Assembly: GCA_951406725.2 (NCBI GenBank)
Contig: OX597819.1
Span: forward strand, 57,412,001-57,476,000
DNA: 64,000 nt
Source of the DNA: Octopus vulgaris
Lineage: Eukaryota
Direction: 5' to 3'
Made by a program: the position numbers and the translations under genes. Positions 25,106 through 38,547 of this stretch are shown here, piece by piece; positions within the stretch are counted from its first letter, which is position 1, and every line of letters starts with the position of its first letter. The notes below the pieces were generated by a model, which saw nothing but the letters and a program-made list of their open reading frames with translations, ran no database searches and was not told the DNA's origin.

Positions 25106-26810
25106 AAAAAAACAAGCGCATCCCATATAAACAAAGGGAGGAAGGGATAGGAAAGAAAACATGGCCTAGAAAAAATGTGTAGAAGCCCAATATATTGAAA
25201 GCATATAATCTACCATCTCGGGGCTATGAAGTCCGTAGGTAAAAGAGTGAACTACTAATGGTCTAGGGAACACTAAAATCTATTTTCAGGTAGTCTCAGA
25301 TTTAAGTGGGTGAGGTCAAATGTTTTAAAGATAATGAACAGAAGTTATCAAAGAATAATACATGGAAACTTACTAACATGATTATCAAAGGGCAGTACAT
25401 ATATTAACGAAGTAAACTCAGGTTAAAATGAATCCAAATCATTACCGCAGGGTGCTTAAGAAAGTGTACCCACAGAAATATTACTGAGAATCCCACCCAT
25501 GGTCCACAATGAGGCAACTCCGAGTGCAGCGGTCTCTACGATTGGTCAGTTATAATTTGAACCGAGGTCACAAGTTAAAACCGTTACAATGGATGTGTCA
25601 ATAAAAATAAATAAGAAACAATAAAGGGTCCGGGGTAGAAAACAATTATATAAGTGGTGCGGGGCTGCTAATGTCCTTCACCTGTTTAACGTTATAACAT
25701 GCATGAGAGAAAGGTCAAAGAGTAAGTAACCTCGGGTTATTATTAAGGGGAGGCAACTAGTACAGGTAAGGCAGCTAGGAAATGAAGTTGGATTTAAACT
25801 CATATTTAGAAAATTGTGGTACTAATTAGATATATACAGGTACTCAAGAAAAATCCATCTTATACGTACACTACAGTGCTCAATTATAAAGCCACTTACA
25901 ATTGGGCGGTTAATATTTAAGACCAAATCACATTTTAATTATTATCAATTAATAAAACACACAACTTACCACAAATACTAAATATGCTTAATAACCATTG
26001 CATAATCATTAAAGTTAGATAGTTCCTATCATTATATAAACAATTTAAAAGAATATATTGGTACTATATGGGTAGAGTTAATACTGGCTCCACTGGCATA
26101 TTAGTACTATGAGTAATGTTCCCTTAATTCAAACGATTTACTTAACATACTTAAAAAGCAATTACAATTACCCTAAAATAGCATGTTAATACTAATTAAA
26201 TTTAATAATTAAAAATTATAAACTAAAGGTACATCAACTCAAAGTAGGTGCAGAAACTGCAATTACAAAAACAGGCTGTGCTTATATTACATTACCCTAA
26301 AATTAGATTGTTCCTATCATTAAATCTAATAATTAAGAAAAAATATAATCTAAAATATATTAACTCTAAGTGGGTGCAGGCATACAATTTCAATCAACAG
26401 GCAACACTTACATTTTTCTATACAGTAAATCAAGTTTTTACAAATATCACCTGATAAGTTGAACTAACATAGTACCAAAAACAAGCACACACATACAATG
26501 TATGGTGGGAGACGGTGGACATAGAGTTCAATAAAATAAAGAAAAATATCATATAATAAAATAGGATATAAATAAAATTAAATAAGATGAATAAAACATA
26601 TATGGGGTAATATTGTTCCCAAATATGCAGGGTTTTTAATGTCAATTTAAAGTGTGGGAAGGACAGTGAATGAAGGAAAGAACAGGAAGTTAGTAACGAA
26701 TTGAGTCCAAAATCCAGCAAGTACCGACAAATACATCCATGTTATAAAAGTTGCTAGAGGGTAAAGTAAGCATATAAGATAGAGGTTTTCTCCATTTTCC
26801 GATTATTTGC

Positions 26811-26848
<38 letters not shown>

Positions 26849-27633
26849 GTGTGTGACTGTGCGTGTGTTTGTTTGTTTGTGTGTGTGTGTGTGTGTATGT
26901 GTGTGTGTGTCTGATGGACTCTCCCGTCGATTTCGACGTATTAGGCTCCAACAACGTACTCTTTCTTTGTCAGTCGAATGTGACATTTATGTCCCGCCAA
27001 CGATTTGCAAAGAAAGCTACAAATGTTGCAAATTTGAGGATACATATATACATATACATATATACATATATACATATATACATATACATATTTTAGAATA
27101 GTGTACTACAAACACAAAAGAAAACTACCCTCCCTTTAAAAGGTAATTTTTACATGCTGGAAATTGCAGCCAACATGGCCAAAACCATGATTTAGTAGCA
27201 ACTTTCGAAGTAAATGAAAAATAAAAACTTTTACCTTGTTATTTCTATTAGTGGTTTTACCATGGTTTCGAAATTCTTTCGCAAATAAGATTATTTGCCA
27301 TCCTTTAATAGGTAATTTAGTAAAACAATATTATCCGCCAGGCGAATTCTCGTCAGTAACCGGCCTTAATAACTAACTTATAATTCAGATAACACGTGTC
27401 CCGTCATTATATGTTATAATTTTTCAAAATTCACGCGCAGGCGCACTTACACTCGGCAATAAAAACAATATATATATATTTAAAGATAAATTAAATATAG
27501 AGATATACTATTGACAATCCTATAATACCCCACTCCATTGAAAGATTTCTTTTCATCAGCTTGTTACTTTATATATAAGTAGCTAGTTCTAAAATCTCTA
27601 AACGAGATATAAGTAGTAACAATACTAGAGTGT

Positions 27634-28149
27634 AACATTTTTTTGCCACTATAACATGGCTGTTCTATACAGAAGTGCGTTACATTTTAACCCCAGGAAA
27701 ACGTCTTTTCCAGCTGGTTAACGATACACAATCTGTATACGATATATAGTGAGTACGGGAGTGAATACGATTTTTCAAGACCTGTAGACGATGGTTTCTG
27801 ATGTTTTCCTGAAGTTAAAATATAGTAACATAGTTTTGCATAAAACAACGATTTTATTGTGGCAAAAATGTTACCCTCTTGTAGCTCTTTGCTGGTTGCG
27901 ATATCAGTAGCTCTCTGCCGTTTCTCTGTTTATATATTATGACTAGGGACGATTGACTGCCACGTTCAGGTAGGTATTCAATAATTATGACAGCAAAGAT
28001 GTAGAAAACATGGTCTACTGGTCTTGCGAAGCTGGAGGGGCGTGCTTCGGTTTCTTACTCACAATATATCGAACACAGGTTGTCGGCCGTTAACCAGCTG
28101 GAAAAATCGTTTTATATAGAACAGCCATGTTATAGTGGAAAAAGTTGTT
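27634..28149. mobile_element. ~500-bp fold-back element with long imperfect inverted arms
   Basis: CCACTATAACATGGCTGTTCTATA / TATAGAACAGCCATGTTATAGTGG; TTTTCCAGCTGGTTAACG / CGTTAACCAGCTGGAAAA; CAAGACCTGTAGAC / GTCTACTGGTCTTG. Confidence 0.75.
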
Positions 28150-28187
<38 letters not shown>

Positions 28188-28290
28188 TTAAAAATAGGAT
28201 AAAATCTTAATAAGAAATTATCAGGTAGTTAGCGTGAAAAACCTCATAAGAGAAACAATCTGTAAATTTTTTCACTTGAAAATATTTATT

Positions 28291-28471
28291 TATATTATAT
28301 AGAGGGCATTATTACACATAAATGCCACACGCTAGGAGGGACTTTTAAAGTCATAACTACCAAAAATAAACTAATCGTACCATTCGATTTGTTTAATTTT
28401 GGTAGTTATGACTTTAAAAGTCCATCCTAGCGTGTGGCATTTATGTGTAATAATGCCCTCGATATAATATA
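28291..28471. repeat. Near-perfect inverted repeat with ~80-bp arms and a ~19-bp spacer
   Basis: Arms 28291-28371 and 28391-28471 (GAGGGCATTATTACACATAAATGCCACACGCTAGGA...) are reverse complements with only a few differences. Confidence 0.92.
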
Positions 28472-28499
28472 TATTGCATTTATTTATTTGTAGCGTTGT

Positions 28500-29300
28500 G
28501 GAAATCTAGACTTGCTATAGATTTTGCAAAATCAATCACTGAAATTAGTGACTAGCTTAAAAGCCGCATCCCGTGCGAATATTTGTGCTGGTTACTGCGG
28601 CACAAAACTAGATGCTGCTAAATAACATGACTATAATATGTCGATAATGACTATATGCTCCGGGGGTTTTGATTAGAAGTTAAGGACGGGCGAGAATTAA
28701 TCCTGTAATGCAATCATTCTGTTGTTCCACTTCGAAATTACGCACTCAAGAAATCTTGGTTTTCGATAACGATACTTGGGTTAGGAAAAGCGAATTATTT
28801 TACGTGTCCGAGGAAGGATTTGAAGCCCATCGTGAGTGACATTATGGGGCTGTATATTCCACATTTATTAAGAGCAGCATTTCTTGAAATGGACTGCGGT
28901 TTATATCGTCATGATGGCCTCATTCAACCGAGAAAATGGAACGGTCATAAGGCAGAAAAATTTAGGAAAAATTTGACTAAAGTATTTCAGGAAATATTAC
29001 TTAGTATTACCATAGATACAAAAATTATTCCCGTTAATTTTCTTGACGCAACGTTAAAACTGCATAATAATACCTTCAGACCATACCACGAACCACAAGA
29101 GAAATTAGTATATGCACAACCTTACAATATCAGGACCTTCAGAACAAAGATCTGTTGTGGCATTTGTTCGAGCGAATTGCTGAGAAATTTACTTAATTCA
29201 CCAATACTTTGAACCAACAAAATGAGCTTTTAACGAGTTCTATGCATGAAGCTAAGTATCTTTTATATAAATACAACGCTCCGTTAATTCTGTTCTGGTT
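28500..29300 (+). pseudogene. Penelope-like element reverse transcriptase remnant
   Basis: LAIDFAKSITEISD; FDNDTWVRK; DIMGLYI...CGLYRHDGL (from GLYRDDGL); LSITIDTK..VNFLDATLKLHNNTFRPYHEP..LVY, the typical PLE RT thumb region. Disrupted. Confidence 0.82.
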
Positions 29301-30910
29301 TGGTGAAGAAAAATTGTTGGTTGTCGAAAAGCTTAATCGATAGGTTTTACTAATATCAGATTCAATATGCGTTTGTGCGTGTCTGTAAGTGATTATATGC
29401 ATTTAAGAATATGTGTATACGATTACATGCCTGTATATATGTGAACATGAATAAATCTGTGCATATATGTGTGTCTGAGAGTGTACATGTGTATATATTC
29501 TGTGAAGTTTTACATAGAACCAAAAACATACCGGCTGCTATTTCTAGCAATGATCGTACTCCGTGTATATCTATTTTATATATTTATAATTCTACGCATA
29601 TAGTGATTTATTCTTGGATATCAATATTAGTTTATTGTGTCTGCGGTGAGTCATTCTCTTTTACTGCCTTACTACTCATTGGTTCGAATTCTTCTCATTT
29701 AGTTGAAGGCATTAAAAGAGAATGACTCTTCTCAGACACAATAAAATATGCTTCATCACACGAATTCGCATAAAGAATCTTACAACCCAAATACAAAAAG
29801 CGAAATATTATTTTAATATATTTAAATTTTCATTTATATTTTTTGACTGATCTTGGTTCTGGTTATGACCGGTTCTGGTTATCAGCCGAGTAAGCAGGCA
29901 GAGATGTATTGGATATTTTAAAAATTGCTAGTTCATGGTAGACTCAGCTGACAGTAACTGATCATATTCGCGCTCACGCAAGAGATTTGAGGAGCTTGAA
30001 ATTGCAGTATAGCTTTATCCTTTATTCCTCTAACGGTCTCCGTAGAGGTAAGACAGAATTTTCCTATATTCACCGCCCGCACACATCTCTGCCTGTAAAT
30101 ATGCAGTGAAGCTCTACATAGCGCCGAAAAAATACCGGCTGCTATTTCTAGCAATGAACGTACTTCGTGTACACCTGGTTTATATATTTATACTTCTAAC
30201 TATATTTTGCTTTATTCTTGGTGGATATTAATATTATTTTAATGATGTCTATATTTTCATGAATATATATACACACACTTACATATGTGTCTGCACAGAC
30301 GCTTGCAGGATGATCATCCGCATATACACTCACTGTTTTTCAAAACATTTCTTAAACGTATTATTTAAAAGTATTATTTTGGAACATTGTTAACACAGCA
30401 GCGCAATTTCATGACTTCTGCTGTGAGGAGTCTATGATTTTTTTATAAGATTAACACGAGAACCAGAAATAAAATCAAAAGCGTAAGCATGAAACTGCCG
30501 TATTTCGCGCGTGCCATCAACAAGCGTTTGTAAATGAAAGGACATCATGATAAACGTTTTCTTCAACTTTTCACTGCATATTTCAAAAAATTATTCGCAC
30601 AGTGAATATACAGTCGAAAATCCATTTCCATTTACCAGTTTACGATAAGAAAGATCTGAAACGTGAAACTCGGAATACTGTGAATCGGATCCCTTCAGTT
30701 ATAATGCATTAAAATATAATCTACTACATTTCTTTTGAGTCCTGTAATTCATCGGTTCCGGTGACTAATCAGATATGTTTTGTAGTATTTAATGGATTTT
30801 TCCTTTATGGAATAACTGAACACCACGGCGCCTCCCGATTCTTGTTAACAGTAAGTTTACACACACACGCACACACACACAAACACACACACATATATAT
30901 ATATATATAT

Positions 30911-33900
30911 TTCATTTCATTTGGGTTTGAGTCCATGCTCAGGCCAAGTCGAAGACTCCACCCTCAGAGTCTGGTGTGGTTGCCAGGTTGTATTCTCTGC
31001 TTAAATTTGACATGTGTAGGAGCGAGTTTGAGTCAGTTTGTGCTCGTTGTGTATATCCTGGGAGATGGGGTTCATCTCTAATGGTGCTTAAGTATCTATC
31101 CAGTTGCAATTTGAATGATTCCACACTGCATCCTGATAGATTTCTGACATGCACCGGAATGGAGTTGAACAGTTGTGCTCCTCGAACCAACTGGCTTGAT
31201 TCTCGCAGGGTTTTTGCTGCCTGGCCAGCCTTTTTGTTGATTGGTGGTAGCTGGCAGCGTCTTCCGTGGCGCAGTGAGTGGTAGGTTTTGATACCAAAGT
31301 TTGGCACCTTCTGCTCTATCATTTTCCAAATGTATATAATTCGGTATCGCTCAAATCTTCTTTCTATTGAGTACATCCTCAAGGTTTTGAGTCTTTGCCA
31401 ATAGTCCAGGTCCCTCGTTTCTGAGAAGTATGAGGTAAAATTTCTTTGGAGCGATTCTATCTTAGATAGTTGGCCCTTTGTTGTTGGTGACCACAACTGA
31501 GAACAGTAGTCAATCCTCGGAAGTATCATACTGTTCCAGAGGGTTTTCATTGTTGAGGTATCTCTTGATTTGAAGGTGCGCAAGATCCACCCGCTGTACT
31601 TTCTTGCAGTAAGACAGACTGAGTCAAGGTGTTCTCTGAATTTTAGGTTGGTTCCCATGTGGATGCCTAAATCTTCACATACTGTTTTTCCATTATTTGT
31701 TGTCCTGATGGGTTTCTGTAGTTTGTTGTATTTTTCAGATCTTGATCTGTTCCGTAGCGAATTAGTTCAAACTTCTTATCATTGAACAACATGTTGTTTG
31801 TTTCCTGCCATTTATATATGGTGGTCAGGTCCTTTTGTAAGGCCTCTGTATCCACCTCGTCTTTGATTTGTCTCATGACCCTGGTGTCATCAGCAAAGGA
31901 TGAGACGTTGCTGGTTGTATCTTCATCTATGTCAGAGATGAGGATGAGAAACAGGATTGGGCCGAGTACTGTACCCTGAGGAACACTGCTGGTCACAGGT
32001 GATGGTGTTGAATGGGTTCCATTCACAGTGACTGTTTGAGTTCTATTTGTAAGGAACTCGTGTATCCATGTACCAACTTTTCCTCCTACTCCTAGCTTTC
32101 GAAGTTTGTGGCCCAGGATGCCATGATCTACCTTTTCAAATGCCTTGGCAAAGTCGAGGTAGATAACATCTGTGTTGTATCCATTCTCTAGATTTTCTAG
32201 GATTTGGTCATGGTGTGCCAGTAGTTGGGAAAGGCATGATCTACCTAACCTGAATCCAAGCTGGTTGCAATTCATCAGATTGTTGGATTCCAGGAACTCA
32301 ACCAGTTTTCCACGAACTATTCTTTCGAAGACCTTGATAATGTGTGATGTCAGTGAGATTGGTCGGTAGTTCTTTGGTTTTGATTTGCTATCCCCTTTAT
32401 GTATTGGAGTTATGTGTGCTTCTTTATATGTATTTGGTATTTTGCCATTCTCCATAGATTCCCTCCATATCATGTAAAGGGGTTTCGACAATTGTGCCTT
32501 GCAGTTTTTAAGTATCATGGCATTGAAACCGTCAGGCCCCGCAGCCGAGTGCATGGAGAGCTTGTCTATTGCTCTTGCTATGTCTTCTGGGTTGAAATCA
32601 ATGTCGGATAGGTTAGGTTTAGTATGGTCAATATCCTTGAAGAATTTTCCTGGGTCATGGATCTTCATGGTTTTAGATGGCTCACTGAAGACACTTTCAT
32701 ACTGTTGACCCAACATTTCTGCCATTTCAATAGGGTTATTCACTACATCCCCATTTTGTCTCTGGAGAGGTCCTATTGTTGACTTGGTGTTCGAGTATTT
32801 CTTTGCAAAACTGTAGAAACATTTTGGATTTTTCTTGATGTTTTCTATGGCTTTCTTTTCTGCATTGTTACGTTCTTCATCATAGTGTTGTTTTAGATTG
32901 TCTTCTAATCTGTATATTTGGTCAAGGACTTTCTGTAATTCATGTTTTGATGTCAGCTTAGATGTTTTGTTTCTTAGTCTTGACCTTTTGCGCATCAGGA
33001 TCTTTCGCTCCCGTGGTACAGGTTTTTTTGTGGACTTGGTTTTCTTTAGAGGAACATTTTTTTCACATATTTCTTCGATCTTGTTTAAGAATTTCTTGTG
33101 TTTATCTGGCCCAGTAAGGTAGAGATCCCAGTCAATGATTTGTAACTGGTTGTTAATAGTTTCCCAATTTGCCTGGTGATAATCATACCTGCATAGCTTT
33201 GGCATGTCCTTTTGTTTAAGAGTTGTGGCATTGGGCTCATTACCAATGTGTAAATGCATTTCAATAATATTGTGGTCTGAAAGGATTGTTGGGGTTGAGT
33301 GAAGGTCAAATAGCGTGTCCTCGTTGTTGGTGAAAACCAAGTCGATCATATTATTATTTCTTGTTGCTTCTGTCATCATTTGTTTGAGGTATAATTTCTC
33401 TGTGACTTCCAACAGTTTGGCTGCCTGTATTTGTTCAGCTTTTGTCCTCAGTTTTAGTATGTGTCCATGTGGCCAGATGATGTTAGGGAAGTTGAAGTCA
33501 CCAAGGAGGATAATGTCTGGCATTGGACTTGCCATGTTTCCCAGAATTTGTTGGAGCTTCGTCAGTGGCTCAGTGAAGGATAATGTTGGGCTGTTTGGCG
33601 GTCTGTACATTATTGTTACAACTGTATTAAGTTGGATGATTTTTATGCACAGCAGGTTGCAGTAGGCATTTGATTCATTGACAAGTTCTATGCATGCATA
33701 GGTATCATGGATATACATGATAACGCCCCCATGGGATCTGCCTTGTCTATCACATCTGAAGATGTTGAATCTATTGATTGTGATTTCGCTGTTGCGGATG
33801 TTTTCGTTGAGATGACTTTCAGTAATTCCAATTATTTTGGAGTTGTTTTCTGTTGCTAATTCTTCCAAGAAAGGGACTTTACACTGTTTTGTTTTCGGAT

Positions 33901-33942
33901 AAAGACCCTGGATATTTGCTGTTATTATGCTTGTTGTACCGG

Positions 33943-33945
<3 letters not shown>
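30911..33945 (-). mobile_element. CR1/L2-group LINE with near-complete ORF2, no ORF1, flanked by (TA)n on both sides
   Basis: 3' tail (ATGAA)n at 30911-30922 adjoining (TA)n; the 5' end abuts (TA)n at 33946-33990. Confidence 0.95.
30939..33945 (-). pseudogene. LINE ORF2 (APE endonuclease + RT) with a single frameshift near 31670
   Basis: EN motifs ANIQGL, GITESHL, DRQGRSHGGV, YRPP, GDFN, IDLVF, SDHN; RT motifs NYRPISLTS, YLDFAKAF, VPQGTVLGP, FADD. GTGAAGATTTAGGC becomes VKDLG if one base is restored, joining the 783-aa and 239-aa ORFs. Confidence 0.93.
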
Positions 33946-33990
<45 letters not shown>

Positions 33991-33993
<3 letters not shown>

Positions 33994-35170
33994 GGAACAA
34001 AATCGCAATAGAGGACATTAAAACATCCGGACAGATAGACGATACAAAAGACGGATAGGAAAAACAACAAATAGAGGGACAGGCCTTCTTTCATCAGTCA
34101 AGTTTTCAGATGGTCCTTACAGTTTCGGGCAGTTACACATGAGATTGTTCGAGTCTGGTTGCCCTCAAAAAGTCAAAGTTAAGAGCATTAGATTTTTTAT
34201 AAGTAAGCAAGCGAATGTGTACGACAACAATGACAAAAAAAGAAGAAACGGAGAACATGTTACACAATTACAAATACAAACAACAAGAATATAACAGCAG
34301 GTGTCTTTCGACTAATGAGGACCAATCAGATTGACTCGGCGTGTATAGATTGAACGCCTTGCGGCAGGAACATAGGAGGTGGACATATGGTATGATGGCG
34401 GTCGGCGTTTAAGCCAAGAACGAAAGATCATGGCTGGCCGAACACTGATCACGTGGAAGGAGGAGAGAGAGATAGGGGCAGAGGGAGTGAGGGATTACGC
34501 GAGGAACGGGAAAGACAGAAGAAAAAGAGAAAGGTACAAGGGAGATAAACTATGAGGAAAAGTAGGAAATAAGAAAGAGTGGGCCAAGAAATATGAGAGG
34601 GGGATGAGAAAAAAAAGCAAATAATTTATGAGGAGAATGAAAAGACAGAGTAAAGGAATCGTACAGAAGTTTGATACATACTTTCTTTCAAGGTGAGCAA
34701 AAGTGTACTACGACGCTATATGTATATATACATATAAAAATGGAACGAAAACGCAAGAGAGGACAATAAAGCATCCAGACAGATTGACGGTACAAAGGCG
34801 GGCAGGAAAAACATCAAATAGATCGACAAGAAAAAAAGGACGAGTCATTCGGTGCCTTCTTTCATCAGTCATGTTACTAGATGGTCCTTACAGTTTCGGG
34901 CATCTACACTTGTGAATGTTTGAATCTGGTTGCTTCCAAAAAGTCTAAGCTAAGTGCATTAAACTTTTTGTAAGAATGCAAGCAAATGTGAACGACAACA
35001 AAAACAAAAAAGAGAACATGTTACACAATTACAAATACAAACAACAGGTGTCCTTCGACTGATAAGGACGAATCAAACTGAGCTGGTGCAAATAGAGTAA
35101 AAGTCTTGGGGCAGGAACATAGGAGATAGACATAAGAGATATTGACGGTCAGCAGTGAAGCTACGAAAGT
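33991..35170. repeat. Two diverged direct copies of a ~430-bp repeat (33991-~34420 and 34739-~35170)
   Basis: Shared AATGGAAC...GCAA.AGAGGACA, CCTTCTTTCATCAGTCA, AGATGGTCCTTACAGTTTCGGGCA and GAGAACATGTTACACAATTACAAATACAAACAACA. Confidence 0.85.
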
Positions 35171-35210
35171 AAGATTATATATATATATATATTCATACAT
35201 ACATACAAAC

Positions 35211-35303
<93 letters not shown>

Positions 35304-35305
35304 AT

Positions 35306-35535
35306 ATTGGCGCAGATGTAGCTGTGTGATAATAAGCTTGCTTCCTAGCCACATATTTCTTGGTTCAGTGTCACTGCGTGATACTGTGGGAAAGTGTCTC
35401 TTACTATGCCCTCGTGCCGAGTGGAGTTGTGAGTGCATTTTATAGACGGAAACTGAAAGCCCGTTGTCTATATATAAATACATATATATTTATGTGTCTT
35501 TGTGTCTATGTTTGTCTCCCCACCATAATCGCTCG
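35306..35535 (+). mobile_element. Family B SINE, 5' part
   Basis: GGCGCAGATGTAGCTGTGTG...GGTTCAGTGTCACTGCG...GACGGAAACTGAAAG. Confidence 0.8.
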
Positions 35536-35537
35536 AT

Positions 35538-35597
<60 letters not shown>

Positions 35598-36079
35598 GTT
35601 TATGTATGTATATGTATATATAGATAGATACATAGATAAATATATATCATTTATATAAAATACATACATATTACATACTTACCAATATATTGTAAATATC
35701 ACCGAGTTCTACTGACTGTCATGAACATATGTATATAATTGTGGTAAAAGAAATAAAAGACATTTAAGTTGTCTGTAGTTGAGTTCTTAGAAAATGGAGA
35801 CAGAACAGTAAAATTGAAAATAAAAATAAATGGGAGGAATTGATAGATAATTATTGGAAAGAAAAGACACGGAATCGAATGAGAAACACCGATATTTGGA
35901 ACTGAAAAAATAAAGTCTCACACAAAATTATACACGTACGCATATACTAGTTTACACACATAGCATATTCACATACAGATATATATATACACACATCTAC
36001 AGTTACACCCAAACACCCCACCACTCACATATATATATACATACACATTTATATATACAGATATATTTATATATGTATG

Positions 36080-36131
<52 letters not shown>

Positions 36132-36323
36132 GTATGTGTGCATGTAAATTATATATGCATGTATGCCTATACATTTCTGTGTTATGGTTGTTTTTTAATT
36201 ACTTACTGAATTTGTATTACATACGGAGACGCAGACAGTTCTAAAAAACACGCAGGTGTGCGTGAATGTGTGTGTGTGTGTATATATGTATATATAGATG
36301 TGTGTATACATATATGCATACAG

Positions 36324-36400
<77 letters not shown>

Positions 36401-36660
36401 TATTCCAAGAAACTTCAAATACTTTATCTGCAATCAAAACTCATCAACGCCTCTTCTTGCACATTTCAGCACATATTTAAAATTTCTACATTTCTTATTT
36501 TCTTTTTCACACACTTCATGTTTCTGAAGTAGAGAATATTTTAATTCCAGAATCATAAACTCTTACACGCATATATGCACAAAAATGTACACACACACGC
36601 AATCCTATACGTACAGTCATGTATGTATATATTTAAATAAATCAATAAATAGATACATAT

Positions 36661-36695
<35 letters not shown>

Positions 36696-36975
36696 CATAC
36701 ATACATACATACATACATACATACATACATACATACATACATACATACATAAACAGATAGATAGTTATGTGAATAGTAAATGGGTGAAAGTATATATGTA
36801 TATATATCACGTGATCACGTGACCGACCAGACCATCAGATGTTGCTACACATCACTGGTCACAATGCGTTTGCATTGCTTTAGCCTTCGAATGACGCCAC
36901 CCCACTGGCTAAGCGAGCAGGCCAATATGTATATATATAAGAATGTATATATGTATATATAAGTTTCATACATGC

Positions 36976-37029
<54 letters not shown>

Positions 37030-37090
37030 GTATGTGTGTGTATGTGTATGTTTGTATGTAGATATATGTATATTTGTATACCTGAATATT

Positions 37091-37121
<31 letters not shown>

Positions 37122-37128
37122 GTAAGCC

Positions 37129-37187
<59 letters not shown>

Positions 37188-37462
37188 CTCTGTGAGTTTT
37201 GAGTCTATCATTTGGATATTCGCAATTTTAATTTCAATCACATCTAAAAGAATCACTAACGAGATTTTTCGTTCTTAATTTAAATGTATCTTATCCATAG
37301 GAACATACTTCATCCAAATCCCTTTTACTGCTGAGGTTGGACGATGAGCTCCTCCCATTTGGTGTCTGTTTTATATATTCTGGCATTAAAGAAATAGAAA
37401 TATAATTATGGTTATGTTATTTGTTTCTCTTTTCTTATTTATTTATTTATTTATTTATTTCT

Positions 37463-37852
37463 CTCTTTACTCTCTTTTACTTGTTTCAGTCATTTGACTG
37501 CGGCCATGCTGGAGCACCGCCTTTAATCGAGCAAATCGACCCTGGGACTTATTCTTTGTAAGCCCAGTACTTATTCTATCGGTCTCTTTTGCCGAACCGC
37601 TAGGTGAGGGGGACGTAAACACAGCAACATTGGTTGTCAAGCAATGCTAGGGGGACAAACACAGGCACATAAACACATATATATATATATACATATATAC
37701 GACGGGCTTCTTTCAGTTTCCATCTCACAAGGCTTTGGTCGGCCCGAGGCTATAGCAGGAGACACTTGCCGAAGATGCCACGCAGTGGGACTGAACCCGG
37801 AACCATGTGGTTGGGAAGCAAGCTTCTTACCACACAGCCACACCTGCGCCTA
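37463..37852 (-). mobile_element. Family B SINE, full length
   Basis: Colinear with 11883-12309. Confidence 0.92.
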
Positions 37853-38547
37853 TTTATTTATTTATTTATTCTTTCATTTTTTTTAGCTGACGACGTGTCG
37901 TTAAAGCCCGGATGTGCAGAGATTATTTCATGATTTTATTGCCGGAAACAAAGCAAAAATGAATCAAAATACATAAACGTCATCGATATACCAAATATAA
38001 ACTATATTGATGATTTCTACTATGTTGAATTTGATTTTCATCTTTCAGAATTCAAGCACAACGTACTACATTCAAATCAATCCTTGATAGGCTCCGATGG
38101 AAATCTATAACTTGCAACCAAACTTTATTCTCGACATTGATAATGTTATCAGTTGATCGTTATGCTCATTATTATTATCTTAAGGATCATTTGCTTCATG
38201 TTCATTAATAATGATAATTATCACTTCTTTCCTTTTTCTCAAAAATAATTCCTGTGTGGATGCTAACGTATTTCGAAGTGATCAGATCTCTGAAAACGTA
38301 ATAAAAACTAGGTATGCTTAAAACTGCCAAACAGTTATTTCGTAGTTGTGACTGAAATTAGCAAAAGTATACTGTCTTAAAAGTATTAAGAAGATCAGAC
38401 CCCAAATTCGACCGTCCTTACAGCCTTCATTTCCCAATATATGGCGGAGACTGGTCTGGATAAATTTAAAAATCCAATGATATTGCAAGTGCTAATTTCT
38501 TTTCTTAGAAAGTAAATCTAAATTATACATTTTTTAAATCAGTGATA

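Noticed and set aside
29500-30250. Two ~130-bp direct repeats sharing ATACCGGCTGCTATTTCTAGCAATGA
   Set aside because: No TG...CA ends, PBS/PPT or internal coding sequence, so not LTRs; likely an old local duplication.
33946-34018. Apparent N-terminus MSSIAILFHYIYIY of the 783-aa ORF
   Set aside because: Read-through from flanking DNA and the (TA)n tract; not part of the LINE protein.
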